Shown: piece by piece, positions 42,056 through 51,929 of the stretch | How the letters are laid out: the number at the start of each line of letters is the position of its first letter | Numbering within the stretch: the stretch's first letter is position 1 | Origin: Promethearchaeota archaeon | Lineage (GTDB): Archaea > Asgardarchaeota > Lokiarchaeia > Sigyniarchaeales > SOKP01 | Direction of reading: 5' to 3' | NCBI GenBank assembly: GCA_019057795.1 | Contig: JAHLWS010000077.1 | Coordinates: 1 to 64,000, forward strand | Length of the DNA: 64,000 nt | Notes under the pieces: generated by a model | What the model was told of the DNA's origin: nothing | The model's database searches: none | Seen by the model: the letters and a program-made list of their open reading frames with translations, nothing else | Program-made: the position numbers and the translations under genes

Positions 42056-43580
42056 AATCGTAGAAAAAATAATACCTATCGAACACCAACAGATATTAAA
42101 AAATAAAACGCTTTTAGAAAATGTTTGGCATCTTAGGGATAGTAGAGATTTTGAAAAAAACCTACTAGAATTTTATGAGCCAGATATATGGTTTACAGGT
42201 AAAGAAAGGGTGTTTGAAACATATATTGCAAATAATATTATTAAGAATGCTAAAGATTCTATTGTTTTATGTTCTTTTTTACTTGAAAAAACAAAAATTA
42301 CTGATGCTATTTTAGAAGCTGTAGAAAATTCCATCAGGGTATATATCATAACTGCGTCTGAAAATCAATTAGATAAAATCTACGATTTAGAAAACGAGCT
42401 TGAAGATGAAAGGGTTGTGGAGCATAAAAATCTCCTAAAAACACTAAGAAAGAAGTGTCTAATTAGAACTGCACCTCATTTTCATGCTAAATATGTATTG
42501 ATTGATCCAAAACAAGAAACTCGATTAGGTTTTATATCAAGCGCAAATTTTACACAACATGCTTTCTCTAAAAATGTTGAGATAGGTCTGCAGTTAAACC
42601 AAGACCAAATAATTGATTTGTTTAATTTATTTTGTTATATTTTTTGGAATGAGAGTAAACACGAATATCTTGTTGAAAAAACATTAAGATCTGTTAAAAA
42701 ACCCACTAAGAATTTTTTTGATACCCCCCAATTGAGTCATATTATATCTCCTGGCATGAATATAGATTTTGAAAAGACACTAAAGGATTACATTGAATCG
42801 TCGAATGGAGATGTTTATTTAAGTACTTATTCAATCGACTCCAAGAATTCCATATTTAAACTCTTATTGGATGAGCTAGAAAAAAATAGAAGAGTTAAAA
42901 TTTATGTTAGACCAAGAAAAAAGGATTTGGAAACTTTAAGCAGTCTCCGACAAGCGGGAGCAGAAATCAAAGGACATCCCTATTTACATTTCAAGTGTTT
43001 ATTGATTGATGATGCTTCATATAAGAAGGGTTTGATTTTCTCTGGAAATATAACTGAAGAAAGTTTTGGAAAAAGCCATGATGTTGGAATCTTTCTAAAT
43101 TCTACACAATATGATTTACTATTAAATATTGTGAAGAAATGGGAAAATGTTATCCCTGGAGTTTTCGTAGCGAAAGAATCTATAAGTAATTTACCAACAG
43201 GAAAGTATTGGAAATGGAATAAAAATAAGTATGAATTTTATATTCAACCATCTGAAATTCATAAGGCTGGAGTGTTTGAAGGAGATAATATTGATACTTA
43301 TGATAATTATAAACCAAATTTTGAAATTCCAGAAGCATTAAAGGAAACTACCAAAGAAATTATATTCAAATGGGTAAACTTACCTCCCCAATTACCTAAA
43401 AAATCAGAACAACTAAAAGAATTACCCGAAAAATTACCTAAAAAAGTTAAAGATTTACTTCAAAAATATAGAATTTACCAGAATGGAAAGGAGTTTTATT
43501 TATTATATCAAGAGGGAGATAATCTTAAGGAATTAAGAAAGTTATCAGAACTAACTAATTATAAGATTGTTATAAATTAG
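42048..43580 (+). CDS. Phospholipase D-family nuclease with two HKD motifs
   Basis: HAKYVLID...SSANFT...N.E and HFKCLLID...SGNIT. Confidence 0.9.
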   Translation: MIKIVEKIIPIEHQQILKNKTLLENVWHLRDSRDFEKNLLEFYEPDIWFTGKERVFETYIANNIIKNAKDSIVLCSFLLEKTKITDAILEAVENSIRVYIITASENQLDKIYDLENELEDERVVEHKNLLKTLRKKCLIRTAPHFHAKYVLIDPKQETRLGFISSANFTQHAFSKNVEIGLQLNQDQIIDLFNLFCYIFWNESKHEYLVEKTLRSVKKPTKNFFDTPQLSHIISPGMNIDFEKTLKDYIESSNGDVYLSTYSIDSKNSIFKLLLDELEKNRRVKIYVRPRKKDLETLSSLRQAGAEIKGHPYLHFKCLLIDDASYKKGLIFSGNITEESFGKSHDVGIFLNSTQYDLLLNIVKKWENVIPGVFVAKESISNLPTGKYWKWNKNKYEFYIQPSEIHKAGVFEGDNIDTYDNYKPNFEIPEALKETTKEIIFKWVNLPPQLPKKSEQLKELPEKLPKKVKDLLQKYRIYQNGKEFYLLYQEGDNLKELRKLSELTNYKIVIN

Positions 43581-43597
43581 GTAATAATTTTAAAGAG

Positions 43598-44698
43598 ATG
43601 AGAAAGTTGTATAAAAAAGAGTTAAAAGAATTCTTTAATTTACATAGTAAGGATAAGATATTTATGGATGTGATAACACCTAAATCTTGCGGTGGTGGAG
43701 AAGGTTTCAAATATTTAGCCCTCCTTGGAGATTATGTCTTAAATCTCACGCTATTTAATTATTTTTCGAAAAAGGGGATTAAAAATTCGGGTGAGCTAAC
43801 TAAAAAAATTCAATCCGTTCACAACGAATGGACACTCTGCCAACTTGGAGAATTTCTTGAAATTACTAACGAGATGAATCCAACGGATCCTAATCATAAG
43901 ATTACGGATAATGAGCTTAAAGAAAGCGTTGAAGCATTAATTGGGGCAAATAATAAAATCCACGGACTTTCGAAAAGTGAATTAGATGTTGAAAAACTAA
44001 TAAAAATCATAGATAAAAATGATTTTTATGATTCAAATCCAGTAGGGGAACTTATAGAATTCTTTCAAGATAATGGGAGAACTTTACTTTTTCCTGACCC
44101 TGTAAGGATTAGTAAAGCTAATGAACCTCCATTATTCCGTTGCACAATAAGAGAAAGTATTATGAGCAAAGATTTTCTCATAATCAGCGAAGAATTTAGT
44201 AGAAAATGTTACGCCAGAAAAGACGCAGCTCAAAAATTTCTATATGATCTTGGATTGACAGATAAAGATGGTATAGGGATTAAATCCAGAAAGAAAGAAG
44301 TTACAACTATTCCCAAACAATCACTATCAAGTGAAGATATAATCTTTTCTAAATCAACTATAGGTGGAGGTTATTTTAAACAAGAACCAATGGAACTTTC
44401 CACTGAAAAGGGAGAAAATATCGCAGAATATACTATGCGAAAAGTAGAAAAAAAACCATTTTTCACTTTAATTTCCTTAAGCGGAAGATTAAATACACTT
44501 TCTGGATCAACATGGCACACATCATTGCCAAATGGCGAATTAATCCTTCTACATCTGAAGTTAGATGAACAAGATTATTTTGATATTGGTCTTGCCGAAT
44601 CTAAAAGTAAAGCTAAAAAAAAAGTTGCTTTAAAAATTATTAAAAATTCAAACTTAATCCAATGGTTAAAAGATAATTATAGAGAAAAAATGATTTAA
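43598..44698 (+). CDS. RNase III-family protein with two dsRNA-binding domains
   Basis: YLALLGDYVL and ESVEALIGA; dsRBD1 NPVGELIEFFQ...PLFRCTI...SRKCYARKDAAQKFL; dsRBD2-like GLAESKSKAKKKVALKII. Confidence 0.8.
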   Translation: MRKLYKKELKEFFNLHSKDKIFMDVITPKSCGGGEGFKYLALLGDYVLNLTLFNYFSKKGIKNSGELTKKIQSVHNEWTLCQLGEFLEITNEMNPTDPNHKITDNELKESVEALIGANNKIHGLSKSELDVEKLIKIIDKNDFYDSNPVGELIEFFQDNGRTLLFPDPVRISKANEPPLFRCTIRESIMSKDFLIISEEFSRKCYARKDAAQKFLYDLGLTDKDGIGIKSRKKEVTTIPKQSLSSEDIIFSKSTIGGGYFKQEPMELSTEKGENIAEYTMRKVEKKPFFTLISLSGRLNTLSGSTWHTSLPNGELILLHLKLDEQDYFDIGLAESKSKAKKKVALKIIKNSNLIQWLKDNYREKMI

Positions 44699-44872
44699 TT
44701 TTAGAGTAATAATTATTGAATTAAGACTCCTTGAAAATTTCGTATGTATAATGAAAACACATTAGAGGTTTAAAAGTTTATTGGTTGAATAAGGTAAATT
44801 GATTAAGGATAAACTTATTTAAATCAGCTTATTAAAGATTGGATCCAGCAATTTAGATTTATTAACTGAATC

Positions 44873-45685
44873 CTAATCTTTATGTTTTTTAACCAAACTA
44901 GCCAATTGCTGCGCGAAATGTTGCTTTCCAAACTCAAATTCTTGAGAGAAACGCTGTATCTTTAATCTCTGGTGCTTCTCAGTAATTTTATCCTTTGCCC
45001 AGCCAAGAAATTCGTGAAAATTTAGAAGGGTGTAATTGTTCACTCTTGAGGGCGTAACATTTTTTTCTTCTAGAAACATCGATCCTAATTTATCTAAGAT
45101 AATTTTTAACTCCCATATTTTAAAGCTTATGATATTGGCACGGAGGAAAAATTCAATAGGAAACGCAGAAGCCATTTGGTCTTGAGAGAAAGGGTAGTAT
45201 ACTAATTCTCCTTCTTTAACGTTCGAATCCACATGGTGCACCATTTCTATTACTCCCGTACACGTTGCTTCAGGGAGAAGGTTCAAACCTTCAAATGCGT
45301 TACATCCTAATGGGTAAGACCTACAAATTACAGGTCTTATAGGATAGATTTTACACTCTCGTTTAGAGAGATCGTAGAACATGCAGTATTTCTTTTTCTT
45401 TACTCCTAATTGATAGGAGTATATGAATCCATAAGGATAATCCTTCATAAAAAAAACCATACCAGGATAAAACCGTGCTTTTAGGTCGTAGTTGAGGAGA
45501 TTTTGTTCTAATTCGTACTTTTCATTATATAAAATAATTAATGAGGTCCTTGGATTTAGTAATAGTTCCCCTTGAAAGTTGTAACCATACTCGCCTGTGT
45601 CTTGTTCTCGTAGAATGTTATAACAGCAATTTCCACACTTAAAACAATTAAATTTTTGATCTGAAATATCTATTGAATGCATCAT
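44873..45685 (-). CDS. YkgJ-family CxxCxxCC Fe-S/Zn cluster protein
   Basis: FNCFKCGNCC...CMFYD...CKIYPIRPVICRSYP. Confidence 0.88.
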   Translation of the reverse strand: MMHSIDISDQKFNCFKCGNCCYNILREQDTGEYGYNFQGELLLNPRTSLIILYNEKYELEQNLLNYDLKARFYPGMVFFMKDYPYGFIYSYQLGVKKKKYCMFYDLSKRECKIYPIRPVICRSYPLGCNAFEGLNLLPEATCTGVIEMVHHVDSNVKEGELVYYPFSQDQMASAFPIEFFLRANIISFKIWELKIILDKLGSMFLEEKNVTPSRVNNYTLLNFHEFLGWAKDKITEKHQRLKIQRFSQEFEFGKQHFAQQLASLVKKHKD

Positions 45686-45840
45686 AGATTACCTTTTGGA
45701 CGAGTGTTTATAAGTAAAAATTTTCAAAGACTTAAATAACGATACTATTTTTGATACATTAATTAACAAAGCAAAAAAAATTCTTTTTTATTTAAAATCA
45801 AAAACAGCTAAGAGAAAAAATAATCTCCTAAAAATTTATT

Positions 45841-46344
45841 CTAACTCTCCCTGAGAAACCACTTATATTTATCACTTTCATTTTGTAAACCAATCCTTAG
45901 AAAAAGACCAAACTTATATTTATAAGGAGGTTCCATGAGTTCTTCTATTTTTTTAATATCAAAATCTTCACCTATATTATTTGAGGTTTTTTTAACCTCA
46001 ATTACTAATAGATTATTATAATGTGAATTTCTTTTATGAATAATAATATCGGGATAAATAGTAAGTGCGTTTTTATCCTCCCATATAAGTTTTTCTATCT
46101 GATATTCTTTGAATTTACTGATATCTAATGATCTATTTTTTATACTTCTTATTCTTTCTGTATCCTTTTCATATCGATTATATTCACAATCTACATCATA
46201 ACTTGGGAATTGATTTTGTAAATACTCAGCTAATTTATGGGTAATTGTCCTCTCATTTACATCTATATCAAGCAAATCTTGATCTTTTTCTCTTAATATT
46301 TGCAAACAATACTCTACTTTTTCTTTAATTCCATCTATATCCAT
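45841..46344 (-). CDS. Stand-alone PD-(D/E)XK nuclease-fold protein
   Basis: NERTITHKLAEYL, VDCEYNR, PDIIIHKR...LVIEVKK. Confidence 0.7.
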   Translation of the reverse strand: MDIDGIKEKVEYCLQILREKDQDLLDIDVNERTITHKLAEYLQNQFPSYDVDCEYNRYEKDTERIRSIKNRSLDISKFKEYQIEKLIWEDKNALTIYPDIIIHKRNSHYNNLLVIEVKKTSNNIGEDFDIKKIEELMEPPYKYKFGLFLRIGLQNESDKYKWFLRES

Positions 46345-46529
46345 ATCTCTCTTCTTCTCCTAAACATTATTTAATAACTATAACACAAATTAAATAAATA
46401 ATTATTAAAAACTATTTATTTGCCAAAATAATTAAAAAAAAATTGAAAATTGTTCCCATATGGGAACATTTATATGTTAAAATTTCTATTACATTATCGT
46501 ACAAAAAATATAAATTTAGGTTTCAATAC

Positions 46530-47909
46530 ATGCCAATAGAAGAAGATCGTACTCGGGAATTACCAAAAAGCCTTCAAGGGATAGAAATTATACTAACCTA
46601 TTTAAACGAGAGAAATACAGAATCTTTAAGCATAAGAAACATAAGCGAAAACACAGGACTTTCGATGCGAGTTACTAAAAACATTTTATTGCAATTAGAG
46701 AAATTTAATCAAATAGAAAGAGTCGTAGAAAAAAATAATATTCTTCCAAAATGGAAAATAACTAAGTTTGGTAGAAAAGTTCTGAAAGAAGCGGAGGGAA
46801 TACAAAAAGAAATTCAATTTCCTAGTAGAGAAGATGAATTATTAAATAATATATTAATTCCAGATAACATTGAGACTCTTAAGGCAAAAATTAAAGAAAA
46901 CATCGAAAATAATATTTCAAAATTAAAATCAATGCAAAATGACTTAAGTAAAATGTTAGGAATTGTGTTGAATTTAAACGATCCCATTTTTGAAGACTTG
47001 ATGGGTGTTATCATTAACCGTATCAAATATATTAGACAACAAATTACAAATTTTCCTTCAGATCCGTTAGCAGTTTATCAATTGAAGAAAATAGAAGAAA
47101 AGCAGAAAAAGGTTCCAAAAGAGGAGATGAAAATTCTGTTGACAGAAATTTTCTTCATTGACTCTATTATGAACAATGAGTTGAATCGTATAAATGATTA
47201 TAATATGAAATTATCTCAATTTTTAGAGAGAGAGGGAATATCTAAAGGTTATTCAACAGCAAAAGATTTACGTGAAGAAATCAGGATTTTTCTAAATTTA
47301 ATTCGTAAAAGAGAGTCCATTAAAATTAATTCTCATGTCCTATCTCCTGAAAATTTAATACTAATTTCTAAAAATAAATTTACTCCAGAAATTTTAAATA
47401 CTATAATCGAAAGTCCTATTACTGAAGAAGAACAAACTGAAAAAATTAAAATTATTGTAATAAGACTTATAACAAAATTAAATAAAGGAGAGAAACAAAT
47501 CGAAGGTTATAGTGTTGATATAACTGAAAATATACCATTATATACTTTTTATCAATTAATACTAGACGAAAATCCAAATTTTGATATTACTATCGAACAA
47601 CTGGAAGAAATTATAAATTCGCTTGCGGAGGAAGGGTATCTGCCAGGTATTAAAATAATTCAAGAAGATGAGGATCACTACCTTAAATTAGTTCAGTTTA
47701 AAGTTAGAGATATTTCTAAAAATGAGTTAGAATTAATTACCAATGCGTTAAGATTTCAGAGCTTTACATTAGCAGATATGGTTGGAGCAACGGGATGGAG
47801 CTCTATTCAAGTGGTAAAAATTTTGAATCATCTTACTGAATTAGGAATTTTAAAATATTTAAAAAATCACCTCCATGGTGATCGTTGGTATATTGTATCT
47901 GAAAAATAA
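46530..47909 (+). CDS. wHTH - coiled coil - EAP30/Vps22/Vps36-like (ESCRT-II) tandem winged-helix protein
   Basis: Likely start ATG 46530 (track start 46443). N-terminal wHTH; C-terminal IPLYTFY...ITIEQLEEIINSL...LVQF...ISKNELELI...FTLADMVGATGWS...ILNHLTELGIL...GDRWY resembles the Vps22/36 WH pair. Confidence 0.7.
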   Translation: MPIEEDRTRELPKSLQGIEIILTYLNERNTESLSIRNISENTGLSMRVTKNILLQLEKFNQIERVVEKNNILPKWKITKFGRKVLKEAEGIQKEIQFPSREDELLNNILIPDNIETLKAKIKENIENNISKLKSMQNDLSKMLGIVLNLNDPIFEDLMGVIINRIKYIRQQITNFPSDPLAVYQLKKIEEKQKKVPKEEMKILLTEIFFIDSIMNNELNRINDYNMKLSQFLEREGISKGYSTAKDLREEIRIFLNLIRKRESIKINSHVLSPENLILISKNKFTPEILNTIIESPITEEEQTEKIKIIVIRLITKLNKGEKQIEGYSVDITENIPLYTFYQLILDENPNFDITIEQLEEIINSLAEEGYLPGIKIIQEDEDHYLKLVQFKVRDISKNELELITNALRFQSFTLADMVGATGWSSIQVVKILNHLTELGILKYLKNHLHGDRWYIVSEK

Positions 47910-47942
47910 AATTTTTTAATATAAAAAATGTAAATAGAGAAA

Positions 47943-48800
47943 GTGAAAAAAATGTTTAAAAAAATTAAAGATAAAAAATTCAAAGACTACGATCCCGAGA
48001 TCATTGCGTGGCAGAGAGAAACGAAGGAAGGATTAGAAACCCCTTTAATGTATTTATTTCCTCAACCAGGAGATAATATTAAAGAAAAGAAATTTTTTGC
48101 GGTAAAAGATTATGAAAAAACACTTTTTTACAATAAAGGAGAGTTGATTGGCGTTCTTGGAGGAGGAGTTTATGAACTTGAAAAGAAAGCACGAATTAAA
48201 GGAACAGAAATTGTTTGGATTGATACGTCCTTTACTGAAATTCCATGGGGTATTCCACAATCGGAGGGCATTCCTACTAAAGATGGATACATAGTTGGAT
48301 TATATGGGGATTTAAAACTTAAAATTAGCGATGTAAAAGTGTTCTATAACGATGTAGTAGCAGGTACGAAAATATGGACCGTTCAAAACCTTAAAGAGTG
48401 GATTGTTAGTCTTATGCATACATCTTTACGAGATATATTTAAAACCTATACAGCTAAAAGTATACTTTTAGAAGATCGCGAGCGTGTAATTAATTTAATA
48501 ACATCTAAAGTTACTGAAGAATTTTTAAGATATGGCTTAGAACTTGAAACTCTTAATGTAATTGGCATTAAAGCTCCAGATGATGCTGAAAAACTTTTTA
48601 AGGAAGATAAAGAGAGAATTGAATATTTTGCTAAACAAAAAAAGAACCTCCAGAAACGCATTGAGGAATTAAAGAATAAATTGAAAGAACAGCAAGATCT
48701 TTTATTGAAAGATAAAATTACTCAACAAGATTACAATAAGAAGAAAAAACAAATTCAAATGTTTATTGATGAAGTTCAAGATGAATTAAAAAAGGATTAG
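47943..48800 (+). CDS. SPFH/band-7 domain protein with a C-terminal coiled coil (SHOCT-like end)
   Basis: FAVKDYEKTLFY.KGE...GGGVY, IPWG, TKDG..VGLYG, LRDIF, YGLELETLNV; ends KITQQDYNKKKKQI. Confidence 0.8.
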   Translation: MKKMFKKIKDKKFKDYDPEIIAWQRETKEGLETPLMYLFPQPGDNIKEKKFFAVKDYEKTLFYNKGELIGVLGGGVYELEKKARIKGTEIVWIDTSFTEIPWGIPQSEGIPTKDGYIVGLYGDLKLKISDVKVFYNDVVAGTKIWTVQNLKEWIVSLMHTSLRDIFKTYTAKSILLEDRERVINLITSKVTEEFLRYGLELETLNVIGIKAPDDAEKLFKEDKERIEYFAKQKKNLQKRIEELKNKLKEQQDLLLKDKITQQDYNKKKKQIQMFIDEVQDELKKD

Positions 48801-48814
48801 TCAAAAAATGTACA

Positions 48815-50590
48815 ATGAAATACAATAAAATCATTATCCAATTTAACTCCCAATCAAAATCAGGAAAAATTTCTGAAGCAATTAAACTTGCTAAAAGCCT
48901 TAAAGCCAAATTTGATGGAAAATATTATGAAGTACTTTTTAATTCTATCAATGATAAAAATCTTCTATTATTAAGCAATTTAATAGGATTTCTGAGCGGT
49001 TCTCGGATTTTTATTGACGATGAAGATTGTGGGCGACCCTATAGATTGGGTGAAAGACTAGATTTTAAAAATAATTGTCCAGATTATGAAGATTTTTGTA
49101 ATGGAAATTGTTCAATTACCATGTTTAGGACTGAGAATGATCTTAAAATTGCGAGGAGGATTTGTAAAAAGTTTAAAGAACCTAAAATACAAAACACAAT
49201 AACAAATGAAAAAAAAGAGAGAAAGAAAATTATTTTTCAATTTAACTCCAAATCTAGAGGAGGGGATGTTCCTGAGGCTATAAAAATTGCAAAATCTCTT
49301 AGATCAGAATTCGATGGGAAAAATTATAAGGTCTATTTCGATTCTGTAAGCAATGAAAATCTGTTATTATTAGATAATCTAGTCGGGAGCCTAAGTGGAA
49401 CTCGATTTTTTGTGAATGGCGAAGAGTTAGAACCTTACATATTGTCTTCCATTTTTAATTGTCCACAAAAATCAAAATGTGATGGAAAATGTGTATATAT
49501 TTACCACGAACCTTCATCTGCTACAGCAAAGAAGTATTGCAAAAAATTTAATGAAACTCTTAGTATAAAAAAACCAATAATCACATACAACGGGCGTGAG
49601 ATCTTATGGATCAACAATGAAGATGATCCTGCATTCCCTAAAAACCCAGATAATAAATATATATTGATTGATAGTCCCAGAGGTTTTGGGCCTAATTCAA
49701 TTATAGGTGTTGAGATGGAAAAAGCAGACTTAATTTTTGATGATATGAAATATAGTATGATGGACGAGGAGGAATCTATACCTGAGGAAAAAGGATTTGT
49801 ATTAAATATACCCTTCGTAGGCATAATAGATATATCAAAGATTGAAGGATTGGAAAAACTTACTGAATTGAAAAGATTGGACCTTTATGGAAATGAGATT
49901 TTTGAAATTAAAGGACTTGAAAGACTTATTAATTTGGAGTACTTGGATTTGAGCGGAAGTGAGATTACGGAGATTAAAGGGCTAGAAAATCTCATTAATC
50001 TAAAGGGCTTAATTTTGAAAGCAAACAACATTAATGAAATTAGGGGATTAGAAAATCTTGTTAATTTAATTTATTTAGATATATCTGAGAATCCAATTTC
50101 TGAAATTAAGGGATTAGAAAACTTGGTAAATTTAAAGCATCTTGTTCTTACTGATATTAAAATTGAAGAAGAATCATTAAATCAAATTGCTGAAGAAAAT
50201 GTTCCAGAAGAATTAAAACAAGTTATTAAAGAAAATACTTTATTTATGTATAATTATTATAGTTTTCCTAATTACGCTCAGAAGTTTGTAGAATATTGTC
50301 AAAGAAAGAAAACTAAGTCTTATCGAGAGGATAAAGAGAAAATCAAAAAGATTGAGGAAATTATGATTGAATCAGATTCCCTTAGTCTTGATACCTTAAG
50401 AGACACTCTAAAAATGGATGCTCATACTTTTAGTAATAAAATTTTAGATTGGGCTATAGAATATGGGTTTGAAATTGATGGAGATTATTTAATTACTAAT
50501 AAAAATACTCTCTCTGACTTTATTGATGAATTAGATAAATATTTTACTTTATGGAAAAAAGAAAGTAGTATACCAAAAAAAAAAGTTTAA
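48815..50590 (+). CDS. Duplicated Cys-containing N-terminal domain + SDS22-like LRRs + C-terminal winged-helix module
   Basis: Two copies of KII.QFNS.S..G...EAIK.AKSL...FDGK.Y.V.F...CP...C.G.C...CKKF; IKGLE.L.NL..L.L repeats; tail DFIDELDKYFTLW. Confidence 0.85.
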   Translation: MKYNKIIIQFNSQSKSGKISEAIKLAKSLKAKFDGKYYEVLFNSINDKNLLLLSNLIGFLSGSRIFIDDEDCGRPYRLGERLDFKNNCPDYEDFCNGNCSITMFRTENDLKIARRICKKFKEPKIQNTITNEKKERKKIIFQFNSKSRGGDVPEAIKIAKSLRSEFDGKNYKVYFDSVSNENLLLLDNLVGSLSGTRFFVNGEELEPYILSSIFNCPQKSKCDGKCVYIYHEPSSATAKKYCKKFNETLSIKKPIITYNGREILWINNEDDPAFPKNPDNKYILIDSPRGFGPNSIIGVEMEKADLIFDDMKYSMMDEEESIPEEKGFVLNIPFVGIIDISKIEGLEKLTELKRLDLYGNEIFEIKGLERLINLEYLDLSGSEITEIKGLENLINLKGLILKANNINEIRGLENLVNLIYLDISENPISEIKGLENLVNLKHLVLTDIKIEEESLNQIAEENVPEELKQVIKENTLFMYNYYSFPNYAQKFVEYCQRKKTKSYREDKEKIKKIEEIMIESDSLSLDTLRDTLKMDAHTFSNKILDWAIEYGFEIDGDYLITNKNTLSDFIDELDKYFTLWKKESSIPKKKV

Positions 50591-50597
50591 TTCTAAG

Positions 50598-51734
50598 ATG
50601 TCATTTAACGATCAAGCTTTATCAGCGATAAAAAATAATTGGTGGTTAAGACGATTTTCTAGACGCTTTTGGATTCTTAATACCACAAATTTTATTTTTA
50701 TCTTACACGATAATATCGCAAATTGGATGGGTAAGGCAGTCCCGTTATATTTGCCAAAGGAAATGATACTATTATATTATAATAGAAGAACAAAGAAATT
50801 TCGACTATATGTAAAAAATAAAATTACAATTAAAATGCTTAACGCTTTATGTAATGCTCTTAAATGTACGAGCCCTTCCTTTAAGACTCATGGAATATAT
50901 TTAGATTCATTTGACGATCCTGATCTCACTAAATTTAAAAAAACTCCAGAAGGAGAAATATATTTTCAAGAATTACAATGCGGAGAAAATTGCGTTATTT
51001 ATAACGGAGAGTATTATTTGATTAAAATGGTAAATTTTTATTCTCATAATTTTGGAATGTTAGATTTGAGTAAAAAAGGAATTCGAGATACTTCTGAAAT
51101 AAAGGGATTAGATACTCTTCAAATTTTAGGTGAATTAGATTTAAGCAATAATAAAATTACTGAAATAAAGTGTCTTGAGAATCTTAATAATTTATATAAA
51201 TTAGATCTTAACAATAATAGAATTACTGAAATAAAAGGAATAGAATCTCTTAAACGATTGCGATATTTATATCTAAAAACTAATCTGATCAAGGAGATCA
51301 AGGGGCTTGAGAACTTTGCAATTGATCGAACTGGAGGAGATATGGAGTTAAATTTGGGAGATAATCCAATACCCTTAACTCTATTAAATAAATTAGGAGG
51401 ACTAAATAAAGATGGTTTCGCTAACAATCTTGAAGAACTTGTGGATTACTGCATTAAGAAAAACATAGAAATCGAAAAATTAGATAGAAGTTCTATTGTG
51501 AAATTAAAAAAGATCTTAAGAATTTCTAATCGTTTCAGGCTAGATATGCTGATGGATATACTTGATATAGATAAAAAAACTCTTATTAAAATCGTTGAAA
51601 AATGGTCTGCTGATTTCGGTCTTGAAATAAATGGAAATTATTTAATAATTAAAAAAGATACGGTTTTGGAATTCATTGACGCTTTAGATAAGCAATTTAA
51701 TGAATGGGAAAAAACAGATATGAAAAATAATTAA
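50598..51734 (+). CDS. SDS22-like LRR protein + C-terminal winged-helix module
   Basis: LDLSNNKITEIKCLENL repeats; tail EFIDALDKQFNEWE homologous to that of 48815..50590. Confidence 0.85.
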   Translation: MSFNDQALSAIKNNWWLRRFSRRFWILNTTNFIFILHDNIANWMGKAVPLYLPKEMILLYYNRRTKKFRLYVKNKITIKMLNALCNALKCTSPSFKTHGIYLDSFDDPDLTKFKKTPEGEIYFQELQCGENCVIYNGEYYLIKMVNFYSHNFGMLDLSKKGIRDTSEIKGLDTLQILGELDLSNNKITEIKCLENLNNLYKLDLNNNRITEIKGIESLKRLRYLYLKTNLIKEIKGLENFAIDRTGGDMELNLGDNPIPLTLLNKLGGLNKDGFANNLEELVDYCIKKNIEIEKLDRSSIVKLKKILRISNRFRLDMLMDILDIDKKTLIKIVEKWSADFGLEINGNYLIIKKDTVLEFIDALDKQFNEWEKTDMKNN

Positions 51735-51772
51735 AATCTCATAATTTAATTTTTTTAAGAACAGAACTCAAT

Positions 51773-51895
51773 ATGCGAACCTATAAATTGATTCAACAGT
51801 TTCGAGAAAATTGCATTATTCAAGGTAGAAAAGAGGATTTATTAAAATTTAAAGTAGGAGATACTATTTTTTTATTTTTGTTTAAGCAAAAATAA
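51773..51895 (+). pseudogene. Truncated paralogous copy of the 5' end of the Cdc48-N-like gene
   Basis: MRTYKLIQQFRENCIIQGRKEDLLKFKVGDTIFL versus MNTYKLIPQLRNGLIIQAKKEWLSDFKIGDTIFL at 53447. Confidence 0.75.
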
Positions 51896-51929
51896 TCGAT
51901 AATAATGGGTGAGGTGATATTTTTTTAAT

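Noticed and set aside
46443-46529. Track start (TTG 46443) of the ESCRT-II-like gene
   Set aside because: The extension runs through AT-rich promoter-like sequence; ATG 46530 is the more plausible start.
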